The position numbers were made by a program, and so were the translations under genes. Positions 8,633 through 19,047 of a stretch of DNA of 64,000 nucleotides are shown here, in pieces. The notes under the pieces were generated by a model. It was not told the DNA's origin. It was given only the letters and a program-made list of their open reading frames with translations, and did no database searches. Location: positions 32,001 to 96,000 of the IMG/VR virus record IMGVR_UViG_3300020383_000006; one strand, 5' to 3'. The DNA is from a virus. Position 1 is the first letter of the stretch. Every line of letters begins with the position of its first letter.

Positions 8633-9055
8633 TTAACTACTACCAATAGAATATTTTGAATTTAATTTCCATTGGTCTTTTTCATGGTACTTAATAATTT
8701 TTAAACTACGTGCTGATGACATAGGCATTTCCCAATTATTACTAACTGGTTCAATTAAGCCCCAATCCATTAAACATTTTACGATTAAGTTTCTTCGACC
8801 AAGGTCACCTTCACTTAATTCAGCTTCCCTTCCATCTAAGGCAAAAAGCTCAAGGAAATGACAAATATAGTAACGGTCTTTTTTATGTAAAATGTGACAA
8901 GATTGTGTTAAAACCGTTTTATCACGATTAGGAATACCCATTCTTTGTAACGTTTCTTTAACTTTACGGAAACCATCATCAACACCGTCTACAAACTTGA
9001 CCTCAACCATGTTTGAGACGACGATTTGTTGATCGGTTCCTCTCGTATATTTCAT
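8633..9055 (-). CDS. regA: translational repressor RegA
   Basis: FRKVKETLQRMGI...QSCHILHKKDRYYICHFLELFALDG; syntenic after gp62. Confidence 0.92.
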   Translation of the reverse strand: MKYTRGTDQQIVVSNMVEVKFVDGVDDGFRKVKETLQRMGIPNRDKTVLTQSCHILHKKDRYYICHFLELFALDGREAELSEGDLGRRNLIVKCLMDWGLIEPVSNNWEMPMSSARSLKIIKYHEKDQWKLNSKYSIGSS

Positions 9056-9522
9056 TTTTTACCTCTCAAAGTTTTCAATTTGTTTCTAATTATTTTAATT
9101 TGTTCATCGGGTAAAAGATCATAATATTCTAATGCTCTCTCATTTCCCAGTTTATATTTATCCTTTAAATATCCGATAATTTCTTTATCGACTGGTTCTT
9201 GTTTAGCCCATTTACCGAAACGATTAGACGGGGAAATAGAATAAAACAAAAAATCATGTTGCATTTCTTTACTAATAAAAGGCGATTTGTTCATTTCATT
9301 AGCAAACATAATCGTGTCAACATGTTGTGAAAGAGCCTTATTAATCATAAAAGGGATGTATTCTTTAGCGGTATCATCCCCATAAAGGTAATTCTTTTCA
9401 GAACTAATACTTTTAACGAAGTCAAATAAACCAATCTTTTTACGAGTGATTTCTTCAACTTCTTCGGGTGGCTTTTCAACCATCCCGAATAATCCAATAT
9501 CTTTAGTTTCTTCATCACTCAT
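9052..9522 (-). CDS. 62: clamp loader small subunit gp62
   Basis: YIPFMINKALSQHVDTIMFANEMN; synteny. Confidence 0.88.
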   Translation of the reverse strand: MSDEETKDIGLFGMVEKPPEEVEEITRKKIGLFDFVKSISSEKNYLYGDDTAKEYIPFMINKALSQHVDTIMFANEMNKSPFISKEMQHDFLFYSISPSNRFGKWAKQEPVDKEIIGYLKDKYKLGNERALEYYDLLPDEQIKIIRNKLKTLRGKK

Positions 9523-9528
9523 AATAAA

Positions 9529-10482
9529 TCACTTAAATTCGATTGAATTCATTAGTTCAGTACATAAAGCACTAAGGTGTAGTTCACGTGAAGGAACAAC
9601 TGCATCATACCGTTGTGCATCTTCAAGAATTAAAATCATATCAGGAATTGACTTTTTGTCAATCGTTTCTTTTAATTCTTTGTACAAGCGCTCATACATA
9701 CGTGACAAATCATTGTCTTTGTTTTGTTCACACCATTGTAAAACTGATTTAAATTTACGTTCACGCAGGTAATCAATAAGGTTACTAATTTCAACGTCAG
9801 CATATTTCATTAAAATGCCTTCGTCTATTTTACCTTGATCAGCGTATGATTGTAAAGCACCCAAAATTTTACGGTTATCAGGAAATAATTTCGTAACCAA
9901 CGTAGCGACTACTGTTTCATCGTATTCTACGCCTTCGTTATTTAAAATATCCAGAACACGCATATAAAATTTTGCTTGCATTCCATCAGATTCTTTAGGC
10001 GTTGGAGCAAAATCAACAGAAGTGAATCGTGAGTGCAACGCTGGAATGATTTTATTCGGGTAATTAGCCGTCATAATAAATGAACAAGACTTAGAATATG
10101 CTTCAGAAGCGTTACGAAGTGCCGCTTGCGTGGCTGGCATCAAATGATCAGCCTCATCAAGAATAAAGCATTTACCATTACCCGACATTGAAATAGTTGA
10201 TGCAAAAGACGCAACTTTGTCACGAATAACGTCAAGACCACGTTCTTCCGAAGCATTGACAATAACGTAATCCATTCCAATTTCATTACACATTGCACGA
10301 GCAACGGTAGTTTTACCTGTTCCTGGAGGTCCAGATAAAAGCATATTAGGAACTTTACCCGTTTTTACGATTTGGGAAAATTGTTTTTTAGTGCCGGAAT
10401 CTAGAATACAATCTTCAATTTTTTGTGGGCGATATTTTTCTACCCATAAAAATTCTTCACTATTAAATTGAATATCTGACAT
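9529..10482 (-). CDS. 44: clamp loader AAA+ subunit gp44
   Basis: LWVEKYRP, GPPGTGKTT and ILDEAD motifs; probable start MSDIQF at 10482. Confidence 0.95.
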   Translation of the reverse strand: MSDIQFNSEEFLWVEKYRPQKIEDCILDSGTKKQFSQIVKTGKVPNMLLSGPPGTGKTTVARAMCNEIGMDYVIVNASEERGLDVIRDKVASFASTISMSGNGKCFILDEADHLMPATQAALRNASEAYSKSCSFIMTANYPNKIIPALHSRFTSVDFAPTPKESDGMQAKFYMRVLDILNNEGVEYDETVVATLVTKLFPDNRKILGALQSYADQGKIDEGILMKYADVEISNLIDYLRERKFKSVLQWCEQNKDNDLSRMYERLYKELKETIDKKSIPDMILILEDAQRYDAVVPSRELHLSALCTELMNSIEFK

Positions 10483-10556
10483 AAATGAACTCCACATGAT
10501 AAAGTAATTGGGGTATAAATCAAAATTATACCCCACATAAATTTAGTTTATATTGG

Positions 10557-11273
10557 TTAGCCTTCCCACTTAGAACCAATATTCATAGCAACCCAGAATG
10601 TTTTACCTGAACCGCTTTCTACTTTTGAAATTTTCTTAGAAACAATAGAAAAGTTTAAATCGCCTTCGCCTTCTAAAACACTAACGTTTTGGCTATCCAA
10701 TTTGTAGAACATTTGGAACGTTAAATCAGTTTCCATTAATTCAATAGAAAATTTATTTGTTTCGTTTTCATCGCCGCTATTTTTGTTAAACGCAGTGATT
10801 GAAACAGTTTCACCGTCAGCAATAAAACCAACGTATTCCAGCTTCATTGTTTTTGCTGCGTCCATAATAGAAGCAAATTGTGATTGAGTTACCTCTAATT
10901 CAATATCAGGATCACTTAAATCAGGCGTTTTTTCGGTATAAGAGCCTTTAACGAAATCAGGATCACTTTCCATATAACGGATTTTTTGTTTACCGTCATC
11001 AGATTTAATTAAAAGGTATTTGTCATTGGAAAAATCTAACGTAGGATCTTCAATGATAGAAGTCACTCGCAAAAACTCACCCAAGTCATAAATGTTAAAA
11101 TCACGAGGGAACTGATCTTCAAGTGGAGCATGAAGAAGTAAATTTGCAGAGTTAGTGCAAACTTTTAGTGTATCGCTATCAGCTTTCAAACGAACGCTTT
11201 GATTGACATCATAAGCACTTTTCAATGTCTCAATAGTAGGTTTGCTGATTTTCATAGTCATATCATCAGACAT
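10557..11273 (-). CDS. 45: sliding clamp gp45
   Basis: MKISKPTIETLK, FNIYDLGEFL; synteny 46-45-44. Confidence 0.88.
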   Translation of the reverse strand: MSDDMTMKISKPTIETLKSAYDVNQSVRLKADSDTLKVCTNSANLLLHAPLEDQFPRDFNIYDLGEFLRVTSIIEDPTLDFSNDKYLLIKSDDGKQKIRYMESDPDFVKGSYTEKTPDLSDPDIELEVTQSQFASIMDAAKTMKLEYVGFIADGETVSITAFNKNSGDENETNKFSIELMETDLTFQMFYKLDSQNVSVLEGEGDLNFSIVSKKISKVESGSGKTFWVAMNIGSKWEG

Positions 11274-11335
11274 AATAAAAACTCCTGTAATAATAAAGAA
11301 ATGATATTATAGTGTATAATTGTTTAAATTAAAAC

Positions 11336-13045
11336 TCATTCTTCTTCAAACTCAGTAAATCCTTCTTCAAGTTTGAACCGAATTGAGCTATGGAAATAAT
11401 CCATGAATTCATCATAACGTTGCGTGATAATAAAAACGTTCTTATCAGTTAACATTTCTTTACATAAATTCATGAAATCTTTAACGCCATCTTGGTCAAG
11501 ATTTTCTAAAATTTCATCGAGTAACAAAACATTAGAAACAACGCTATTTTTAATGGAAGCAACTTCCAATAAAGCTAACCAGATAGCCAAATTAACTCGA
11601 GACTTTTGCCCTGTCGAAAGGTTCGACATAGTAAAGTTCTCTTTATTTAGTGCAGCAAAAGATTCCTTAAAGTTTTCATCAAGCGTCATGTTGATGTAGA
11701 AATTCATTGCTTGCAAATATTCGTTCAACTTTTTATTGATTAAATCAATATATTCTTTAATGATTACCGCTTTAACGCCATCATCTTTTAAAACGTTCCT
11801 TAAACGTTCTAGGAGATCACTTTTATCAATGAGTGAAGCAAGTACCTCACGTTGTTCAGATAATTGCTCTTCGAGCGTTTCATACTTACTTACTGCTTCG
11901 TTTAGTTTAGCGTTATCATCAGATTTTTCATTTAGTTTAGAAACTAGCTTTGAACGGTTTCTTTCAATGATACTTAACTCATTTTCAAGTGTTCTTCGTT
12001 CCGAACGAAGTTCATTATAACGTTCTTTTGCGCTTTTTAGTTTATTTTCTTTTGAAACAATTTCTTCTATGGTACCAAGCAATTCAGAAATATGGTTTTT
12101 ATTTTCTTGAATAACACGTTCAGAAGAATCAATTTTGTTTGCCTTTAACCCTTCATCAATATCTTGTTCACAAGTAGGACAAACATCATTTTCATTAAAA
12201 AACTTTAATATGCGTTCTTGTGCATTAATATTGTGTTCAAAATTAGTACCTAAATCTTGAAGTTCACGTTTTTGTTTTTTGACTTTATCCAATTTTGAAA
12301 AATCAAGAAGTTCATCAATCTTACTATCAATTTCCTTAATTTCAGATTCTACCCTTTCAGAATCTTCGTCCAAAGAATCAATTTCTTCTTGTGTTTCTTT
12401 TTCCAAAGATTCTTGGGAATCCTTTATCGTACTAATGACTTCTTTTTGACTTGAAATTTTGTTACGGGTAATTTCTATTGCATTTTCTTGGTTGGTTACA
12501 TCATTATTGTTTTGTTTGATTTTCTCTTTACAAATTTTATTCATAACGGAGAAAATACTAATACCAAGGATATCCTCAACAACCTTTCTACGTTCAGCGG
12601 TACTTAATGACATAAATGGTTTATATTGTTCTTTATTCAACATAACCACTTGAGTGAACATCATATAGTCCATACCCAAAATACCGTCAAGTTTTTTCTG
12701 GTAATCAGAAGCTCTTGCATCTTGTTCAATGAGTTCATCATTTTTATATATTTCAAACTTCTTAGGTTTTTCACCTCGGACAATTTTATAATCATCACCA
12801 CGAGTTGAAAATTCAATCTCAACTAATAAATTTTTCTTATTAGTTGAGTTAATTGCATCAGCAAGTTTAGCGCCATTAGGAAATTTACCAAATAACCCAT
12901 AGGTAAACGCAAACAACATTGTTGATTTACCTGAACCATTATTCCCGCCAATCAACGTGTTTTGGTTTCGGTCTAACTGAATAGTTATTGGGTGATTCCC
13001 AACAGATTGAACGTTCTTGTATTTTAGTGTAGTAAAGTGAGCCAT
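11336..13045 (-). CDS. 46: recombination endonuclease SbcC/Rad50-like subunit gp46
   Basis: GNNGSGKS, CPTC zinc hook, LSTGQ signature, LLLDE. Confidence 0.95.
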   Translation of the reverse strand: MAHFTTLKYKNVQSVGNHPITIQLDRNQNTLIGGNNGSGKSTMLFAFTYGLFGKFPNGAKLADAINSTNKKNLLVEIEFSTRGDDYKIVRGEKPKKFEIYKNDELIEQDARASDYQKKLDGILGMDYMMFTQVVMLNKEQYKPFMSLSTAERRKVVEDILGISIFSVMNKICKEKIKQNNNDVTNQENAIEITRNKISSQKEVISTIKDSQESLEKETQEEIDSLDEDSERVESEIKEIDSKIDELLDFSKLDKVKKQKRELQDLGTNFEHNINAQERILKFFNENDVCPTCEQDIDEGLKANKIDSSERVIQENKNHISELLGTIEEIVSKENKLKSAKERYNELRSERRTLENELSIIERNRSKLVSKLNEKSDDNAKLNEAVSKYETLEEQLSEQREVLASLIDKSDLLERLRNVLKDDGVKAVIIKEYIDLINKKLNEYLQAMNFYINMTLDENFKESFAALNKENFTMSNLSTGQKSRVNLAIWLALLEVASIKNSVVSNVLLLDEILENLDQDGVKDFMNLCKEMLTDKNVFIITQRYDEFMDYFHSSIRFKLEEGFTEFEEE

Positions 13046-13060
13046 TACAAATTCCTTTCA

Positions 13061-14131
13061 TTAACCAAATTCTTTCAATTCAAGTTCAGCTTCCGATTTA
13101 ACTTCAGAAAACAATTCTAAAATAGATTCATCTTCATTAACGTAGTCAGAAACATAATCCTCAATTTCTTTTGTATCAGAAACTTCAATTTCATTAGTAT
13201 TAACTTCATTCGGTATGACCGTATTGTCAATTACATCAACCGAGATAGGGTTAAATTTTTCAATTTTACTGACAACTTCCTTCAAATCAACTTTGTTGTA
13301 TTCATCATTAATGACTATACGAACAAATTGGTTTTCACAAAGGTCTTTTAAATCTTCTTTAGACATTTCACAAACTTCGTCAACATGAAAATCTAATTTA
13401 GTAAACAAACAATATTCATTTTCATGAAGTTCAAAATAGTTTGTATCTGGGTCGTAAACCTGGAAACCACGCCAGTCATTATGGTCTTGCCAATTATAAT
13501 GGAACAACGCCCCAATATATTCAATATTCCCAAGAATATTTCTATGATGAAAATGCCCAGAAAGGACTTTGTGGAAATTTTTTAGTTGACTAGGCTTTAA
13601 CCCTGACTCAGCGATTTTAGAACTCTTGTACATCTTAGCGCCTTCAATTTCAAAGTGCCCAACTAAGATATGGTCATCATCAGCGTAATATTTTAAATCT
13701 TCTAGCAGTAAATCTGAATTTTCTCGATTTAACCAAGGACATAATACAAATTTCTTTCCTTCAGTTTCCACCACTTCAATACCGTTATCAATAACTCGGA
13801 TATTATCGGAAGTCTTAAGGATAGAAAGGGAATTGATTTTGTTTGTATTTTTATAGGCAATGTCATGATTACCCGCAATAACGTGCATGGTTGCACCGGA
13901 ATCTTCGAGTAAAGGAATAAATTCATTAATTACAAAATCAATATCATTAAGGGAAAGGGAATTTCTATTATCAAAAAAATCACCTGCGTGAATGATCGTT
14001 TTGATATTATTTTCTTTAATAAAAGGGAATAATTCTTCTTTGTAGTATAACCGAAATAGTTCCCTAAAAACTTTTGAACCACCTCTTGCACCAAGATGAG
14101 TGTCAGTGATAAACAAAACCTTATCGCTCAT
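13061..14131 (-). CDS. 47: recombination endonuclease SbcD/Mre11-like subunit gp47
   Basis: TDTHLG, GDFFD, GNHD and SGHFH metallophosphoesterase motifs. Confidence 0.95.
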   Translation of the reverse strand: MSDKVLFITDTHLGARGGSKVFRELFRLYYKEELFPFIKENNIKTIIHAGDFFDNRNSLSLNDIDFVINEFIPLLEDSGATMHVIAGNHDIAYKNTNKINSLSILKTSDNIRVIDNGIEVVETEGKKFVLCPWLNRENSDLLLEDLKYYADDDHILVGHFEIEGAKMYKSSKIAESGLKPSQLKNFHKVLSGHFHHRNILGNIEYIGALFHYNWQDHNDWRGFQVYDPDTNYFELHENEYCLFTKLDFHVDEVCEMSKEDLKDLCENQFVRIVINDEYNKVDLKEVVSKIEKFNPISVDVIDNTVIPNEVNTNEIEVSDTKEIEDYVSDYVNEDESILELFSEVKSEAELELKEFG

Positions 14132-14190
14132 ATATAAATTCCTTCATAATTTAATCATATAACAAAATTGTGTTCAAATATTAGCTTTTT

Positions 14191-14832
14191 TTAATTAAAT
14201 AGTAAAGCTGAATCAGTTTCTTCTTGTTCCTCAGAAACACCTTTTTTATTAAAATTGTTTTCTTCGTAAGTTTTTATGAATTGTTTCCTTGACGCAGTAA
14301 CCTCATTATTAAGGTCTTGTTGTTGGAGGTCACTTTCTATAACGTTGTCATCAGTCAGTGCCATGAATTCTTGAGCTTCATCAATTTTTTTGTATTTTAT
14401 ATAAAGTTGTTTACGTTCTTTTCTTAGTTGTTCAAGGAGAGCGTTGTTGATGATTGAAGTTAGGTATGCAAACGGATTATTGGATTTTTCTGGGTCAAAA
14501 CCATTACCGCGAATTGCTGCAGTCATTACTGCATTGGATATAAATTCTTCCTTCCACGATTCACTTGCCATTCGAGTAACTCTCCAAGAATTGCAACGAC
14601 GTTTTGCTATTTGTAAAATAGCCCTACCAATAACTTCAGGAAGAGGTGGTGCAGGTAGATCACGTTCATCATGCAGTAACTTTATTTTCCTATATTTTTT
14701 GTATGCTTCAAGGCATTGTTTGTTATCTACATAGTGAGCATTCTTTTGTTTTGTTTCTTTAAGTTTACCTTCTGAAACTAATAGTTCTTCTATTTCTTCT
14801 TCTGAATATATTCTTGATTGATTTTTAATCAT
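14191..14832 (-). CDS. 55: late-transcription sigma factor gp55
   Basis: HYVDNK, FDPEKSNNPFAYLT; synteny with 47. Confidence 0.9.
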   Translation of the reverse strand: MIKNQSRIYSEEEIEELLVSEGKLKETKQKNAHYVDNKQCLEAYKKYRKIKLLHDERDLPAPPLPEVIGRAILQIAKRRCNSWRVTRMASESWKEEFISNAVMTAAIRGNGFDPEKSNNPFAYLTSIINNALLEQLRKERKQLYIKYKKIDEAQEFMALTDDNVIESDLQQQDLNNEVTASRKQFIKTYEENNFNKKGVSEEQEETDSALLFN

Positions 14833-15062
14833 AACGTAAAACTTCCTCGCGCGCGGAATATTTGTTTAAAGTATGATTCAATTATAATTCAATTATTGAA
14901 TAATTTAAATTGTTTAACAATTATATTCATACTTTAATTATACTTTATATATGAATGATTGTATAAAACCTATAAGTGTTAATTCTGAGAAGTTCATCTT
15001 CGAGGAATTTATCCACTTAGTTTTATTTTCTTTTGGAGTTGAACTGACTTGAAAGTCAAGTT

Positions 15063-15091
15063 AGTCTATATTAAAAATTGAAGGAAGTAAA
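15063..15091 (-). promoter_or_regulatory. T4-type early/sigma70 promoter for the 55-47-46 block
   Basis: GTTTACT-N17-TAGACT. Confidence 0.6.
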
Positions 15092-15100
15092 CCCCGTGAA

Positions 15101-16681
15101 CTAAAATAAATCCACGGAGGTTGTATCAGGTAGTTCATACTTGTCAAAATTTACCTCATGCTCTTCATCTGTATAATATTCAATCCTTTTTATAGCATGC
15201 TTGTAACACGAGTTCTTTTGTCCATCTAAACTAAGGTCATCGACAATATCAATGATATTACCTGACTCTTTAGTTTTATGGTTACGCATAAGACGCCCAA
15301 CGGTTTGTAAGACCTTTATTTTAGCTTTGCCTGAAGATACAAAAAATGCCCAATGCAACTTTTTGATGGAAACGCCTTGTTTCATTGTACCAAAGGAAGC
15401 GAATATAACTGCATCATCATAATTTTCCATAGATTTACGGATTTCTTCGCGTTCATCACCTTTGACACCACCAACTATAAGGAAAACAGGTTTATTTGGA
15501 TGAGATTCTTTGTATTGTTCATACATTTCTTTACCATAACCCTCAACGCGGTCGAACAATACAATTTTATTTCCCTCGAAAAAGTCGATCATAGAAAAAA
15601 CGAAATCCGTTCTTTCCTTTAGGGAATTAATAAAATCAACCTCATAGTTCCACGTTTTCGCACCGCCACCGATTGCTTTATCTTTCGCGGCAAATTCTTT
15701 TCTTGCTTCCCAAAACTTTTTGCGTAAATGTAGTGGGTAATTTAAGATAGACATGTAAATCTTTATTTTGCTTGCGTTACCCATGTCAATGATTTGTTTA
15801 GCGGTTGTGAACCGTTTAATTGGACCAAGTAAAGCATGGATTTGCATTTCATCGCATTCCATACCGTTTAGAGTACCTGTTACACCGTGTTTAATCGGTG
15901 CTTTGTTACAAGATTCAAGAATTCTACCCAATTCTTTAGCGGAAGCGGAATGTGTTTCATCCACAAGTACTGCTTTAATGTCCTCATAAACCCATAGGGG
16001 CATGTTTGACATTGATTGCCACGTAGTTACTATGATTTGACAATTTAGCTCTTTAGGATACTTTGCAGACACTTTTTGGACGTGTTTACTGACTGACCAA
16101 TCACGATTAGGTTTATTGGAATAATTTTCAAAATCTGAATATATTTGTTCAACCAACGCTACTGAGGGAACACAAATTACAATATGTTTGCCCTGGAATT
16201 CATCCATCAATTGATAAGCTCTAGCGACTGCGTATATGATAAGTGATTTACCCGATGAAGTGGCTAGTAATGATGTTGTTCTATCCATGTTCATCATGTA
16301 TTTGAACGCATCTTTTTGGTAATCATACGGTGTTAGCGGTTCACCTTCGTCGTGGATATCCAAAAAATTGAAAAATTCATTAACATCTTCATCATCAAGT
16401 TGTTCACCGGAAGGTAACAAGTCAGGGTCAACGTTATATTCCCAACCTTTTTTATTTAATAATTCAAGCAACGGCAATAGAAGCCCGACATGCATTCTTT
16501 TGGTTCTTCTATTATAGAGTTTTTTAATTCCGTCCCAGTGACCTTTTTTAACTCTAGGGTCAAATTCATTACCTGCCTTAAATGAGAACCTATCCTGTAT
16601 GTCCAGTTCTTGGTATACCTCAGAACAAAGAACCTTCATCCAAGTTTCATCTAATTTAGTAATGTTAACCAGTTCACTCAT
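15101..16681 (-). CDS. uvsW: SF2 DNA helicase UvsW
   Basis: WDGIKKL, PYDYQ, ATSSGKS, VDETH and QTVGRLMR motifs. Confidence 0.93.
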   Translation of the reverse strand: MSELVNITKLDETWMKVLCSEVYQELDIQDRFSFKAGNEFDPRVKKGHWDGIKKLYNRRTKRMHVGLLLPLLELLNKKGWEYNVDPDLLPSGEQLDDEDVNEFFNFLDIHDEGEPLTPYDYQKDAFKYMMNMDRTTSLLATSSGKSLIIYAVARAYQLMDEFQGKHIVICVPSVALVEQIYSDFENYSNKPNRDWSVSKHVQKVSAKYPKELNCQIIVTTWQSMSNMPLWVYEDIKAVLVDETHSASAKELGRILESCNKAPIKHGVTGTLNGMECDEMQIHALLGPIKRFTTAKQIIDMGNASKIKIYMSILNYPLHLRKKFWEARKEFAAKDKAIGGGAKTWNYEVDFINSLKERTDFVFSMIDFFEGNKIVLFDRVEGYGKEMYEQYKESHPNKPVFLIVGGVKGDEREEIRKSMENYDDAVIFASFGTMKQGVSIKKLHWAFFVSSGKAKIKVLQTVGRLMRNHKTKESGNIIDIVDDLSLDGQKNSCYKHAIKRIEYYTDEEHEVNFDKYELPDTTSVDLF

Positions 16682-16690
16682 AATAATCCT

Positions 16691-17092
16691 TTAGGAATTT
16701 TCATACTCTATAAAATCATACGCAAGTTTCATAAGTTTATTTATAGGCAAATTTATTTCCATAATTGGCCAAGGTAAACTCCCTTGTTTTGCCGCGTAGT
16801 ATCTATGGTGACCGTCTAAAACAAATCTATCTTCGGATATTAAAATAGGTGTTTTATCATCAGATTCATTATATGAGTTGATAATTTTATCAACTTTGTT
16901 TTGGTCAAAATCGGTTTGTGTCGGCTGAATATCATCCCAATTAGATTCTAATGATTCTGAAAACCCTATTTCTAACCGTTCTACAAATTTTTTGAAACTT
17001 GGGTAATGTAATTGTGGCATATTGCTCCTACTCACACAAAAAGCTGGCCAAGAAGGTTTCTTGGATAATAAATATTCTTTAAGTAACTTCAT
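16691..17092 (-). CDS. ParB/sulfiredoxin-like N-terminal domain protein
   Basis: PILISEDRFVLDGHHRYYAA motif. Confidence 0.7.
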   Translation of the reverse strand: MKLLKEYLLSKKPSWPAFCVSRSNMPQLHYPSFKKFVERLEIGFSESLESNWDDIQPTQTDFDQNKVDKIINSYNESDDKTPILISEDRFVLDGHHRYYAAKQGSLPWPIMEINLPINKLMKLAYDFIEYENS

Positions 17093-17110
17093 AATTAATC
17101 TTCTTATTAG

Positions 17111-17151
17111 TATAAATAATAATCAATTATAATCAATTATAGTTATTTATA
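17111..17151. promoter_or_regulatory. pair of opposing T4 late promoters
   Basis: TATAAATA on + at 17111-17118 and on - at 17144-17151, serving the divergent genes. Confidence 0.65.
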
Positions 17152-17164
17152 CCAAGGAAATAAA

Positions 17165-17671
17165 ATGGTTGAACAAAAGAATAACGCAAGATCTAATAAT
17201 TACCAATTCGTTGTAGGTGACAACCAAGAGGTTTCGTTTAACGTACAATCTACGAACGTTGCGGACATAATGTTAGGTACTACGACCCTTTCATCTAGAA
17301 ACAAAGACGTTTATGTCCCTTCTAATAAAATGGATAAAGAAACAGTAAACATACAAGTCTTATGTAGTGAAGATTTAGGGGAATGGATTTGGTTCTATAA
17401 ATGGATCCTTAAATGCAAGAATTCTATTAACTTTGAAGAAAAAACTAGAGCTTCGGAAATAATGGCTTTAGATTCAGGGAACGCGGTCACAGCAAGGTTC
17501 AGGTACTTGGATTCATTTCCAACTTCATTAACAGGTTTACAATACACCACAATTGGGAATTCAGAATACCTAGTTTTTGATGTAGTTTTGCGTTATAATG
17601 ACTTTTCTATAACCGATAAAGACGGTAATGAAATTGATGAACTTTGGAATGGTGAATTAGATGAAAGATAA
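17165..17671 (+). CDS. 3: tail completion / tube terminator gp3-like
   Basis: SNNYQF..FNVQSTN, FPTSLTGLQY; late promoter; position next to uvsY. Confidence 0.7.
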   Translation: MVEQKNNARSNNYQFVVGDNQEVSFNVQSTNVADIMLGTTTLSSRNKDVYVPSNKMDKETVNIQVLCSEDLGEWIWFYKWILKCKNSINFEEKTRASEIMALDSGNAVTARFRYLDSFPTSLTGLQYTTIGNSEYLVFDVVLRYNDFSITDKDGNEIDELWNGELDER

Positions 17672-18143
17672 GGCGGCTGAAGAAAGTTTAACCGAAATTA
17701 TTGATGGTCTAAAAGAAAAATTAGACCAATATAAAAAGCAAGCAAGTAAAGATTTAGAAATTGATGATATTGACCTAGATAGTTCTGTTTTGGTTACGCC
17801 CAAACTGATGGTAAAATATAATGACGCATTTACTGATGAGTCGTTAGCACTAAAAGATTTTTATGGTTTTAGAAGAAAAGTTGAGCTTGAACGTTGGAAA
17901 TATTGGTCCGGAAAACAAACGGATAAATATTATGCAAAGAATGGTATCGTTCACGAAAAAATTCTCAAAGGTGACATTGAAAAGTACCTAAAAGCTGATG
18001 AAAAAATGGCTTTAGTGGATGAACTTATTTCAATACAAAAAGCGATAGCTGAATACTTAGAACGTTGTATAAAAGAACTACAGTCCAGGAATTTTCATTG
18101 CAAAGTAGCTGCGGACTGGAGGAAATTTACTTCAGGGGGATAA
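17661..18143 (+). CDS. uvsY: recombination mediator UvsY
   Basis: DLEID..DLD, RWKYWSGK, RNFHCKVAADWRKFTSG. Confidence 0.85.
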   Translation: MKDKAAEESLTEIIDGLKEKLDQYKKQASKDLEIDDIDLDSSVLVTPKLMVKYNDAFTDESLALKDFYGFRRKVELERWKYWSGKQTDKYYAKNGIVHEKILKGDIEKYLKADEKMALVDELISIQKAIAEYLERCIKELQSRNFHCKVAADWRKFTSGG

Positions 18144-18144
18144 A

Positions 18145-18537
18145 ATGTTCAATAAAATAACAAAAATAAAATTTGAATATGAAGATTTAAAAGCAATAAC
18201 GTTTTTATTTTTTATTGTTGTAATTGCTACTGTGGTTTCATGTAACCAAAAACAAGAACCGTTAAAAGGTACTGAAAATTGGGTCGGGGAGCGCGTGGAA
18301 GTAACTACATATTTTTATGTCAACCAACAAAGACTTGATATGGCGTATAAGAAATTAGTTGATCCTGATGACAAATTGTCTAAGAAAGGGTTTGCTATTT
18401 GGCACCAAGGAATTCCTGAATGCGAGATACATATGAAAAGAATAGAATACAAAAATGATAAAGATGCTATACAAACGCTTGGCCATGAAATGTTGCATTG
18501 CTTAAAAGGTACTTGGCACGCTGAAATAACGTTTTAA
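18145..18537 (+). CDS. membrane-anchored protein with HEXXH motif
   Basis: N-terminal TM/lipoprotein-like segment; LGHEMLHC. Confidence 0.55.
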   Translation: MFNKITKIKFEYEDLKAITFLFFIVVIATVVSCNQKQEPLKGTENWVGERVEVTTYFYVNQQRLDMAYKKLVDPDDKLSKKGFAIWHQGIPECEIHMKRIEYKNDKDAIQTLGHEMLHCLKGTWHAEITF

Positions 18538-18544
18538 TATATCC

Positions 18545-18567
18545 TTATAACTAATCGTTATTATACT
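18545..18567 (+). promoter_or_regulatory. repeated promoter/operator motif, copy 1
   Basis: TTATAACTAATCGTTATTATACT, identical at 46798-46820 and near-identical at 23873-23894. Confidence 0.6.
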
Positions 18568-18630
18568 TATTGAAATATATGAGTATAATAGGGGTTGTTG
18601 AATACGTTGTTTACCTAAAAGGAACTCATT

Positions 18631-18801
18631 ATGACTAAAGTGAAATGTAAACACGTTGTACGAGTAGTAGAAGATGCAACAGCAAAAATTATTAAAAAAA
18701 TTGTTGTCGATAACTATATGCAAGCTTGTCGATTAGAAAACCGTTTCAATGACGCAATCGACTGTTGCAAGTATTCAGTAGAAATGGAAGCAATAAAATA
18801 A
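18631..18801 (+). CDS. 56-aa hypothetical protein
   Basis: Not in track; AAGGA RBS; MTKVKCKHVVRVVED...EAIK*. Confidence 0.6.
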   Translation: MTKVKCKHVVRVVEDATAKIIKKIVVDNYMQACRLENRFNDAIDCCKYSVEMEAIK

Positions 18802-18971
18802 TGAAACAATTAACAATATTAGAATTAATATTTTCTTTGTACGTTTTGACTGTTGTTTCTGCTTTAATGATTTCCATTTCTATGCAAATGAAACTACTTC
18901 CAGCGGTAATAAAATCTTTGGTTTGGTTCCTTTATGTACCATATGTCATATTCTTTAAAAAAGGGGGTTGA
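18801..18971 (+). CDS. small membrane protein
   Basis: MKQLTILELIFSLYVLT..., two hydrophobic segments; TAATG coupling. Confidence 0.55.
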   Translation: MKQLTILELIFSLYVLTVVSALMISISMQMKLLPAVIKSLVWFLYVPYVIFFKKGG

Positions 18972-18973
18972 AC

Positions 18974-19002
18974 TTTACTCTCCTTTGAAATTTTAGTATC
19001 AT
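18974..19002 (+). promoter_or_regulatory. early promoter for rIIA
   Basis: TTTACT-N17-TATCAT. Confidence 0.65.
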
Positions 19003-19047
19003 TACCTTGTTGAATTAAATTTTTATTGATGAAAAGGTGTTTATATA

